Assembly: GCF_000400465.1 (NCBI RefSeq)
Contig: NW_008806286.1
Span: forward strand, 113,865 to 145,864
DNA length: 32,000 nucleotides
Direction of reading: 5' to 3'
Source of the DNA: Wallemia ichthyophaga EXF-994
Taxonomy: Eukaryota > Fungi > Basidiomycota
Shown here: piece after piece, positions 22,847 through 32,000 of the stretch
Position numbering within the stretch: the first letter of the stretch is position 1
Layout of the letters: every line of letters starts with the position of its first letter
Position numbers and translations under genes: made by a program
Notes under the pieces: model-generated
What the model was told of the DNA's origin: nothing
The model's input: only the letters and a program-made list of their open reading frames with translations
Databases searched by the model: none

Positions 22847-23081
22847 AATAGGTGTAGACGAGATGAATGTATTAAACGCTTAAAATGTCTAACAAGTGTG
22901 ATGAGTTGTGAGTGAGATAAATTTTACCAAAAAGGGAGGAAGAGAAGGACCAGAGTGGGTATTGCATTTATCTAGAATAAAACAAATAGATTCGCTGGTG
23001 TAAATATAATTTTTTACAAATTATTTTTATCAAGAAGATTTGACCACGCTTCTTGACGCTCGTCGGTCAAAGACTTCAAGG

Positions 23082-23545
23082 ATGCCAAAAATATTCAAGT
23101 CAGGCAAGGTTTGCGTAGTCTTGAGTGGTAGATACGCAGGTAAAAAGGTTGTCGTGATCAAGCAATTCGATGAAGGCACCAAGGAGCGTCCATACGGCCA
23201 TTGCTTGGTTGCGGGTGTTGAGCGTTACCCATTGAAGGTGCACAAGCAAATGGGTGCCAAGTTGATTGAGCGTCGTTCAAAGGTGAAGCCATTCATCAAG
23301 TCAATCAACTACAACCACTTGATGCCAACCCGTTACGCACTTGAACTTGAAGGCTTGAAGGGTGTTGTATCCCCAGAGACCTTCAAGGAGCCAACTCAAC
23401 GTGAAGATGCTAAGAAGCAGATCAAGAAGCTCTTCGAAGAGCGCTACCACAGTGGAAAGAACCGCTGGTTCTTCCATGCTTTACGCGTGAGTAATGTGTT
23501 GAGTATACAAGTGAAAAAGCTAATGAAAACCTTAAACAGTTCTAA
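23082..23545 (+). CDS. RPL27: 60S ribosomal protein eL27 (136 aa; exons 23082-23486, 23540-23545)
   Basis: [47 protein letters not shown] 53-nt intron followed by a TTC TAA exon gives the canonical LRF* end. Confidence 0.97.
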
Positions 23546-23603
23546 TCTCAATCATCAACACTTGATTGTCTGTAAATTGAATGAATGCAAATTGGTTCAG
23601 TCG

Positions 23604-24218
23604 TTACAAAGAGTATCTACCTGATCTTTCATGTGTGTCGTGTGTTAGTGTGTAAGCAGGAGCGTAAGTATCATTATCTATTCTAAGATGGGGGTTCTTC
23701 TGTGTGTTGTGGATAGAGCCTAGAGAGGTATAACCATGATCATATAAAGGGCAGTAAGGAATTTTGAAATGAAGAAGATAGTCCCAAATCTGTTGGTAGC
23801 TGGTGTGTAGAATTGGATGTACTCTAAGTATCCTAGGCCAATCACTATCAGTGTAAGACATAGTGTCCAAGTCATGTCCATTTGGATCTGTAGCACGTGT
23901 TCCGATGAAGATGACTTTAATATTCTTTGAATCATTTATGAAATCATTCAAACCATCTTTCATCGGCTTATTTGAAGTGTATATGTCTAAATTAAATGTC
24001 TTTTTCGATTCCTCGACGAACTGATCAACCTGAGTAAAGTTATCTTGTGTTCTAATGTATAAACTCTTTGTAGGCGTTGAGATTGATAATTTTCGTTTAA
24101 CATTGCTTATTATTGATGCTAACACTGTACAATCCTTACCACCATTGAAGCTTAATGAGATATCTTTAGAATCAAAGGATTTATAAGTATCTTCAATTAG
24201 CTTTGTTGCCACTTCCAT
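23604..24218 (-). CDS. FAD1: FAD synthetase, PAPS-reductase family (204 aa)
   Basis: Motifs [47 protein letters not shown] and ERSGR. Confidence 0.9.
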   Translation of the reverse strand: MEVATKLIEDTYKSFDSKDISLSFNGGKDCTVLASIISNVKRKLSISTPTKSLYIRTQDNFTQVDQFVEESKKTFNLDIYTSNKPMKDGLNDFINDSKNIKVIFIGTRATDPNGHDLDTMSYTDSDWPRILRVHPILHTSYQQIWDYLLHFKIPYCPLYDHGYTSLGSIHNTQKNPHLRIDNDTYAPAYTLTHDTHERSGRYSL

Positions 24219-24457
24219 CTCCGATTATATATCTCCAAATGACTTCAAAATTACAAGCAGATAAAGACTATCTACTATACCTGTTAATGACAAATTTTTT
24301 ATTATTTTGGATTATCTACAACTACGATATTTCGATTATAATCTCTATTTTCATCTTAATTTTAATTTCCTTCATTTACTTAATTTATTACTCACTCATT
24401 TTATTTAAACATTCCTAATCCGACGCTTTGGGAATTCAAGGTTACGACGCAACTACG

Positions 24458-25854
24458 ATGAAGTTATTTTGCAGTTTGCTGGTGTTGGCACCTTTGATAT
24501 ACGCTAATCATCAACACGCACACAATCACTTACACCATAAGCTACACAGAAAGCAAGATGAGACATCAAGTACCTCTTCATCATCACCTACAGCCACGTC
24601 CACCACCGCCACCACTACGTCCATTCAGTCTGGTACAACTGGTACTGGCGGTACTTTCACTCATATTCCAAACTCATCTGACATTCCCCTCTCCTCCATT
24701 CTCCCTGGCATGAACTTATCCGGGAAAACCATGTCAATGCCTACAACAGCCTCTCCAGGCCAAATTCCATTCTCTCACGCTCCTCCATTGCCCTCTTCAA
24801 CCCCTGTTCAAGCTGAATACCCTGAAATGGACAAGATTCCTCCCGTCGATCACCCTCAAGTTCAAGAATGGATTTCTCAAATTGACTGGGACAAGGTTCC
24901 CGACTGGTCTGTCAACGAAGGAGAAGCTTCTTGCTCTGAAAATCCTGATTCCAGGGACGAAGCTGGTCCCGATCAGCGCTGCTGGTGGACGTGCGGTAGT
25001 TGTACTGCGGATGATGACATCACTCAATGCCCAAATAAGCATGACTGGGGCTTGTCGTACGATGATGGTCCTTCGCCGTACACTACTACCCTTCTCAACT
25101 ACCTCGCTGAACAAGAAATTACCTCCACCTTCTTCATCGTCGGTTCAAGAGCTCTTTCACGTCCTGACATGCTTCGTGCTGAGTTAGTCCTTGGACATCA
25201 ACTCTCTGTGCACACCTGGTCACACCCTCACCTCACCACTCTTTCAAACGAGGAATTAGTTGCTGAACTTGGATGGACTAAGAAAGTTATTCACGAAGTA
25301 ACCGGTTTGACTCCAAATACTGTGTGTTGTTTACACTCATTTTTATTATTACTAATACAAAACAGATGCGTCCCCCATACGGTGATATCGATAACCGTGT
25401 TCGTGAAGTCTGTCGTCAGATGAACCTCACTCCAATTATTTGGACAACTGCTCAAGTCGACGGTCAGGAACTCACTTTTGACACTAACGATTGGAAGATT
25501 GCAAGTGGTGATGTCACCACTAACAAGTCATACGAGACGTTCGAGAAGATCTTGGACTCCTCGGACGAAATGGACCACGGATTCATCGTCCTTCAACATG
25601 ACTTATACCAGCAAGCCGTTGAGTTGGCTGTGGCGTATGTCTTACCGGACGCCTTGCAACGCCAGCCAGAGCTCAACCTCTTGTCTGTTATCGACTGTCT
25701 CCAAAAGCCACAAACTGAGGCCTACATTGAGACTTCTTCCAACGAAACAGCACCAAGTGAAGTTGGTGCTGGTGGTTCTTCAGCTAGCAAAGTATTCATT
25801 TCAATTACAAAACTTTCCATCGCCGTTGCAATCACTACCCTTTTCCTCTGTTGA
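24458..25854 (+). CDS. Secreted, probably GPI-anchored chitin deacetylase, CE4 (450 aa; exons 24458-25321, 25366-25854)
   Basis: Signal peptide and S/T-rich linker. All five CE4 motifs are present (SYDDGP, HTWSH, RPPYG, DWK, LQHD), plus a hydrophobic C-terminus. Intron 25322-25365. Confidence 0.92.
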
Positions 25855-26042
25855 TATAAATTGGATTATTTAACGTTTACATGGCTTATTACTTAATTTA
25901 TTTTTTTATCTCTTTTCCTCACTTTCACTTTTCTGTTTAATGATCTTGTTCAAAATAGCTACATTCCTGTTTTTGCTTTTTTTTTCCAGTGAGGAATGCA
26001 CGTGAAAATAAAAAGCGACGCGTAGATTAGAGAGTGAATACC

Positions 26043-29000
26043 ATGGCTGATTGTGATGCAAGATGCGATGATGAGTACAGCAGCCTTCTCAACCAGCTTT
26101 ATCTCTCGCTAGCTATTGGTGGATCATCGCTAATCCTGTTTGAGACTTTCTTGAGGCTGAAGAGACGTGATATGCCGACCGGCGACGATCAATATAGATC
26201 AGAAAAGTATATATTTGGGTAGTAAGTGTGGATTTCTAGCTGTTATAGTCCACTAAGCCATCCCCCAGCCTCTACCGCTTCAAATCGTTTCTCGATCCGC
26301 CGTCGGCAGCGCATCCCAAATGGCCGCTAAAGTGGATAATCCAGGTAATGATGCTGGGAAATGAGGAGATAATAAGAAAATTGGGAGGAGATGCAGCGGC
26401 GTATATTCACTGGCTAAGGGTGTGTTGTGAGTGTGGGTTATGACGAATGTCTTAATTTTGACGCGTGCGAGTAGTATGTTTCACCTTATCGCAGACACTC
26501 ACGATGGTGCCGATACTGCTACCGATACACTTTCACTTCAGCTCATCGGGTGCGTCGTCATCGATGAACACAGCATCGCTCACCCACCTCATTGAAAATG
26601 AGAGCGGGGAGCGACTGATTTATGTGCATGTAATCCTCTACATATACACATCGATCTCATGGCTCGTCGCACTGCTGTGGCTTATCAACGGCACTATCAG
26701 TATTCGCGAGAAGCTGGCGTACATGTCGGCGGATAACGCAGAGCAGGAGGAGCAACAGGCACAGACACAGGCGCACAAGTCTAAATCAATCTTGGTTACA
26801 AATATACCAACACGTCTGCGCGATGAGCGCATCCTCGCGTCGTATTTCGCCTTCTACCTGAACAGATTTAAGAAGAAGAAGACGACGGTGAGCAGACGGT
26901 CGTCTATTGCATCATTTACGAGTTTCATTGAGCGTTTGGATGGTGGTAGCGGGGGCGTAGATGTGGATGCAGAAGGAGGCAGCAGCCGTCGCAGCTATCA
27001 CAGCCATCACAGCCATCACAGCCATCGCAGCCACATAAACAACCACATAAACAACACAGACCACCTCGAAGACATCACAGACGCGCATATTGAAGATGTA
27101 TGCATAGTACGCAAGTACGATAGTCTCGTCCAGCTCAGAAGGAAACATGCGGACTGCACCAAGCGGCTAGAGCTGGCATATATGGGACTAGCGAAGCGGG
27201 TGCTTGCGCATGTCGAGCGCAGGCTATCTCAGGTGAATGGGGAAGGGTGGAGTGGAGAAGATGAGGTACTCGTCCAAGAGCTAGCGGGGTTTGTGCGTAA
27301 ACGAGGAGTATCTCAAGCAACATGCACGAGCAGAATCTCACAAGCCGTTCGCGGTGCACTCAACAAGCTGCTGCGACGCGAAGATTCTTTCGTACGCTTC
27401 ACTGACTCACCTGATTCGGACAAGACGCGCGCGTATACACCCACTCATAACACCATTTGGGACGCACTTCTCCTCCTCCCCTCACACACCCTCGAGCCGT
27501 TCCAGTCGCGGATACGCGTGAAGCCGCTGATACAGAGTGTGGTCCGAGGGGCGCGAGGGGCGCGAGGGGCGCGCCCGGAGAGCACTATCCCGGATATACA
27601 TTACCTGACGCACAAACTGCGTCTGCTCACAAAAAGCGTGGAGCAAGTGCAGATGGAAACACCAGCCGTGTTCCCGCCGACTTCTACAGCTTTCGTTACA
27701 TTCAGGGGCGTGGCTGATGCTCGAATTGCGTGTAGGAAGCTCGCAAGTCACCCTACACGCCCACACGCATGCATTGTCGCCCCGGCGCCCTTTTACAGCG
27801 AGATTGAGTGGGATGTGGCCATCTCATCCCAGTCCAAGTCGCTCACGCTGCGCGCGCTCATTATCAAGATCGGAGTGTGGGGGTTCATTCTCTTCTACAT
27901 TATCCCGATGGCCGCGCTGTCGTCGCTATTCAGCATCGAGCGCGTGCGCAACGTCAGCGAGCGGCTGGGGAGGTATTTCGACAGACACGAGCGACAGGCA
28001 GAGTGGTTCACGACCATCCTTCCTACACTCATCGTCGCGTTCATTTCGCTGATGATGCCCGCTATTCTGTTCGGGATCGGTAAAAAGGCAACGCCGCACC
28101 TCACCCTAGGACGAATGCACGATCAGATCTTCCATCGCTACTGGGTGTTCATGATTACGAATGTGCTTATCACTTTCTGCATCGGCGCGGCGACCTTCCG
28201 ATTTATTCTCGAGTCTCTTTCGGGCAGCGCATCCGGCATGTCTATCCTCAATCGTGTTTATCTCAGTTTCCCACAAGCGGCGCCGTTTTTTGCAAGCTGG
28301 TCAATCTTGCAGACGAGTATTCAGAATCTCGTGCAACTTGCCCTGATCGGGCTACCGCTACTGACATTTTTCTTGGTCACCTTGCGCGCGCAGACGCCGC
28401 GACAACGTCAGGCCGCTACGAATGCGCGCACCCCCGATTACCATGTATTCTGTTCAAACACGCTACTTGTAGTAAGTGTATGTCTCGTGATGGGGGTTTT
28501 CAATCCGCTCGTGATCCCTTTCACGCTGGTGTATTTCATTGCTGCCAACATTGTCTACCGCAACCAGTTGTACCACGTCTACTCACGGCGGGTGTACGAC
28601 ACAGGTGGTCGTCGCATTGCAGTGCGCTGTTTCCGCTACGGCATGGATGCTCTGTCCGTGTCTCAGACGGCTTTCTTCGCTTTCCATCTGGTGCGTTATG
28701 AGGATGGCAAGCAGGCGGATGCGAGGACGTATGCAGTCATTATTGGCGTGCTCTTCGCTCTCACCCAGCTCGCGAAACTGCTCATCACAAGACAGGTCAA
28801 AGCCCGCTTCGATGCACTAGAGCTGCTTGATGCGTTGTGGAGGAACGGCGAGTCACTCGCTTCGACGCAGGTGCAGTCTCTCAGTGGCATGACGCTCGAG
28901 ATGCGCTACGCGGAGCATGTCGAGGAGACGCGCAGCAGCCGCGCTTTGACGGGGGAGAAAGGCAGTGGAGATGCGCGGTGGTCGTACAAACTGCGCAACT

Positions 29001-29980
29001 TCCTCCTCTGCTCACACTTTACCCCCTCAGCTCTCCTGCGCGATCTGCGCAAGGAGACGCGCGGTCGGTTGTCGAACCTCAGGCGTAAGTGCGTGCCGAT
29101 CGTGTCGCGCTCCAAGAAAATCCCCAAGGAGATACTGGCACAGGGGGGAAGAGATAGAGGGGAGAGAGTGGGTGGACAGAGTGAGTTAGATTCAGATACA
29201 GCGGAGCTAGGCGAAGTGCTCCATGTCGATGAGACACCACAAGCCCCACTATTCACCTCGCAGATGCGCAGCGACAGCCATATATTCACTGCGCTGAGTG
29301 TGGATAACCTCAATAAGGCGAGCAATGAAGATAGTGGTTATGGGAATGTGAATGGGAATGGCCCGAGCAACAGCAACAGCAATAGCAACAAGGACAACAC
29401 CCCCACTCAAACAAACAAAGGCATAAAGCTGATACACAAACTCAACCCAATCAAGAACATCTCTGCTAAGCTAGACACGCGCAATAACCGGATAGACAAG
29501 GTAGGGTTGACAGAGGTGGAATCAGGAGAAGAAGGGCGGGAGATGCAAGTAGTGAAGCATGTTCGGAGGGCGTTGAGGAGTGATGCGCCGGACGAAAGCA
29601 CACGGTACCACTGTCCATTCTATTATGAAAATTTGCAGCCTTTTCTTCTCCTGCCGAGAGACCCACGGCGGAATATCGACCTAGACGATCTGGTAGAGCT
29701 GCATTACGGGGGCGGTAGTGTCGGGTGGATGGAGCGCGAGGATGAGGCGGAGGAGGACTCGGGCTTGGACAGCAATAGCAATGGCAGCATCAGCAGCCAC
29801 GCCACCTCTATCACCACCGCCAGCTCCACGAGCACCACCAACTACGAGCATATCAGCCTGTCGAATATGCACAGAACGCACACAAGTCACAGCGCTCGAT
29901 ACAGTCAGACATTCAGAGACAGTCTCAGCCCGAAGCTGGGGCGGAGGTGGATGGAGAGCGAGGATGAGTTATTTACTTGA
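26043..29980 (+). CDS. CSC1/OSCA/TMEM63 (DUF221, Rsn1-like) calcium-permeable stress-gated channel (~1280 aa; exons 26043-26221, 26269-26426, 26475-29980)
   Basis: N-terminal TM (NQLYLSLAIGGSSLILFETF), GGDAAAYIHWLR, SILVTNIP, STAFVTF..APAPFYSEIEW and the RSN1_7TM-like block (FPQAAPFFASW, NPLVIPFTLVYF, YRNQLYHVY). Confidence 0.88.
26992..27056 (+). repeat. Coding tandem repeats (CAGCCATCA)n and (CCACATAAACAA)x2 encoding SYHSHHSHHSHRSHINNHINN
   Basis: Read directly. Confidence 0.85.
27545..27573 (+). repeat. 9-bp tandem repeat (CGAGGGGCG)x3 encoding RGARGARGA
   Basis: Read directly. Confidence 0.9.
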
Positions 29981-30013
29981 TGTATTTGAATTTACTTGAT
30001 GTATTTGAATTTA
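29972..30013. repeat. Perfect 19-bp tandem duplication (TTTACTTGATGTATTTGAA x2 + TTTA) spanning the CSC1 stop codon
   Basis: Units at 29972-29990 and 29991-30009 are identical. Confidence 0.95.
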
Positions 30014-30072
30014 ATTCATGTATTTTATGTTTCTGTGTGGTCTTCTCGCACGATAATCACGACGGCCACGAT

Positions 30073-30403
30073 ATGGTGAGTGGTGCACACAGGTACAGCC
30101 ACAGCAATCACATGCTCACACCCGTACAGCCTACACCCGCAGACATCCGGCGGAGAAACGCGCAGTTCGAGCACAAGAACAAGACGGGGACGGGGAAAGC
30201 AGCCAAGCCAGTGCGGGAGAATGTGGGTGATATTACAATTGGGAGACGGTGAGCTGAACAACTCGCAGTCTTCCACGTCTTTGTGGCTCGTAGCCTTTTT
30301 CGTGCTGCTCTTAGGCGGCGGACGTGAGTAGCGTACACGTCACCGGGAAAGGCTATCTGACGCGCATGCAGTGGTGTTTGAGCTGCTGAGGCTCTTCTTC
30401 TGA
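30073..30403 (+). CDS. RAMP4/SERP1/Ysy6 stress-associated ER tail-anchored protein (60 aa; exons 30073-30075, 30130-30222, 30269-30323, 30372-30403)
   Basis: Three GT-AG introns of 54, 46 and 48 nt splice to MPTPADIRRRNAQFEHKNKTGTGKAAKPVRENSSTSLWLVAFFVLLLGGGLVFELLRLFF*. This matches the RAMP4 pattern of a basic N-terminus, TM, and GG..FELLR. Confidence 0.9.
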
Positions 30404-30499
30404 TGGAAAGCACAGAGAAAAACACATATAAAGATATAAATATGTAAAGATATAAACCATCAAGATATAAATTCATTTTACACCCACAGCCAAACCATC

Positions 30500-31744
30500 T
30501 TACTCCAGCTCATCAATCTCGATCGGGACTTCTTCTGCAGCGTATAGGTGCGACGACGGAGACCAGAGCTGGACAATGTTATCCTCACTCCCACTCATCA
30601 GCGTGAACGGCAGAGTTTTCGACCAAGCTATGTCCGTGATAGCGTTAGTGTGGCCCCCATGCATAAACATGAGTTCTGGAGGACCGTCTTCGGCATCCTC
30701 CGGTGTCTGCTCCTCGCCAATGCGGCTGATATCCCACATACACACCCTTCTGTCATTCGACGCAGATGCAAATACCGTCTCTGCGTGCGGCGACCACTCG
30801 AGGTTGAGCACATCCTCACTATGTCCTTCAATAGTGTGTAGGCGTTTGCTGAGATTTCTCAGATCCCACAGAGCAATGGTCTTGTCTGCGGATCCAGTCA
30901 CACAGAGGAAAGGCTGTGATGGGGAGAAGGCGACGCAGTTTATATCTGCATCGTGAGCTTTAACTTTCTGGTGTGGCTGAGTGGCATCGCGGGTGTCCCA
31001 AGTGAAGAGATGCTGGTCATCGGAGACGGATGCGAATACATTCTCGTGAGATGCGTGCCACGATATGTCTTCCACAGCTGCAGTGTGTCCGCGGTACGTG
31101 TTGAGTGGATCGAGAATGTTGCTCGCTGATTGGTAGTGCGATATGTCCCAATGGCGGACAGTGGTATCGGTGGAAGCGGAGAGAATGTGGTTGGGTTTGA
31201 GAGGCGACCATTCCATACCATATCCCTCCCCTTCATGGCCGCGGAGGACTATTTGTGGGTTGCAAACACCGTCTGGCTTCGGTTTGAGCTCGTGTCTGGT
31301 GCGATCGAAAACGTAAATCGGACCCATCACGGTGCGCGTCGCTATAAGATCAGGATTGAAAGGATTGTAACGCGCCCTATTAACTTCACCATCGTGGTTG
31401 ATGGACTGTACAATCTCAAGCTTATTCGACGCGCTATAACTGCCAATTTCGCCCTTGTCTTCTTCAAACTTGGCAGGATCTAAATCGTTGGATTGCTTTG
31501 GGAGTTTGATGTGTGCAATGTGAAGGAGGTTCTGCTCGATATTTGAGGTATTTGTACCGATAAGAAGTCTGTGTGTCGTGTAGGATTTATCGGGGCTGGA
31601 TTCGACATCAGGGAACCACTGGCATGTGAGTGTAGGCCATTCCAATGTATGCGATAAGACTAAATCATATAATAATGGCGCGTGTTTCTTCCATGTTTTG
31701 TACTCCTCGTTGATTGTCTTTGAATGTTCTTCGTCGGTGTCCAT
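30500..31744 (-). CDS. HAT2: WD40 histone-binding protein RbAp48/Hat2/Msi1 family (414 aa)
   Basis: Motifs INEEYKTWKKHAPLLYD..LEWPTLTCQWFP, INHDGEVNRARY, LRGHEGEGYGMEWS and EDAEDGPPELMFMHGGHT. Start taken at MDTDEE. Confidence 0.93.
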   Translation of the reverse strand: MDTDEEHSKTINEEYKTWKKHAPLLYDLVLSHTLEWPTLTCQWFPDVESSPDKSYTTHRLLIGTNTSNIEQNLLHIAHIKLPKQSNDLDPAKFEEDKGEIGSYSASNKLEIVQSINHDGEVNRARYNPFNPDLIATRTVMGPIYVFDRTRHELKPKPDGVCNPQIVLRGHEGEGYGMEWSPLKPNHILSASTDTTVRHWDISHYQSASNILDPLNTYRGHTAAVEDISWHASHENVFASVSDDQHLFTWDTRDATQPHQKVKAHDADINCVAFSPSQPFLCVTGSADKTIALWDLRNLSKRLHTIEGHSEDVLNLEWSPHAETVFASASNDRRVCMWDISRIGEEQTPEDAEDGPPELMFMHGGHTNAITDIAWSKTLPFTLMSGSEDNIVQLWSPSSHLYAAEEVPIEIDELE

Positions 31745-31878
31745 GATGGTGGTTTGGGGTTGAGGAGGGAATATTTTCATTTATATTTTATATTTATATT
31801 TATTATTCATATTCAAGTTCCTCTTAACAAACCACCATCATCTGTCTATAATTGTCTATCTAACTATCAATCAATCAA

Positions 31879-32000
31879 ATGACTTTATTAAATTCAAATA
31901 TTTCAAATACTTCAAATATCTGCCCCAAGTGAGTTTTATTTCTTTTGCTGTTCCACCTCTAACAATTCACAGCGACGGTAACCTGAGCTCAGCCGTCTCG
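31879..32000 (+). CDS. 5' end of next gene (partial; exons 31879-31928, 31973->)
   Basis: ATG 31879, intron GTGAGT..CTAAC..CAG (31929-31972), and the frame continues: MTLLNSNISNTSNICPNDGNLSSAVS. Product unknown. Confidence 0.6.

Noticed and set aside
14329-25854. Possible cell-wall glycan cluster (GT32, TPT transporter, chitin deacetylase)
   Set aside because: The genes are non-adjacent, separated by ELP3, cullin, RPL27 and FAD1, and there is no evidence of co-regulation.
30025-30476. Minus-strand ORFs of 83 and 122 aa
   Set aside because: Better explained as antisense to the spliced RAMP4 gene on the + strand.
3356-31744. Apparent chromatin/replication gene cluster (SET, TS, ORC6-like, ELP3, cullin-4-like, HAT2)
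   Set aside because: The genes are interspersed with unrelated housekeeping genes and share no visible motif. Such categories are common enough to co-occur by chance in a gene-dense 32 kb.
1-32000. tRNA, snRNA/snoRNA, rRNA, CRISPR arrays and transposons
   Set aside because: I saw no cloverleaf, spliceosomal signature, spacer-repeat array, terminal repeats or transposase/RT ORF by eye. An Infernal/tRNAscan run would be needed to exclude small ncRNAs.

Overview
Gene-dense eukaryotic DNA from a compact fungal genome. The proteins look basidiomycete-like, introns are 42-64 nt and spacers are mostly under 250 bp, which is consistent with Wallemia (inference, not verified by search). I reconstructed 18 complete protein-coding genes by reading splice sites by hand: a MIT-domain protein, Cut8/Sts1-like, minimal SET protein, LIM-RhoGAP (Lrg1/Rga1), BTB protein, thymidylate synthase, PPG1 phosphatase, ORC6-like, GT32-like glycosyltransferase, ELP3, TPT-family transporter, divergent cullin-4-like, RPL27, FAD1, chitin deacetylase, CSC1/OSCA channel, a 4-exon RAMP4/SERP1 gene that the ORF track fragments, and HAT2/RbAp48. 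There are also probable partial genes at both edges. I found no tRNA, rRNA, CRISPR array or transposon and no clear novel multi-gene system. The most notable unexplained signal is a sawtooth G/C skew on the + strand that flips from G-rich to C-rich at nearly every A/T-tract spacer, regardless of gene orientation. Other points of interest are a 37-nt tandem gene junction, ATG-only first exons, stop-free 3n introns and many short perfect tandem duplications. All exon coordinates are hand predictions without transcript support.
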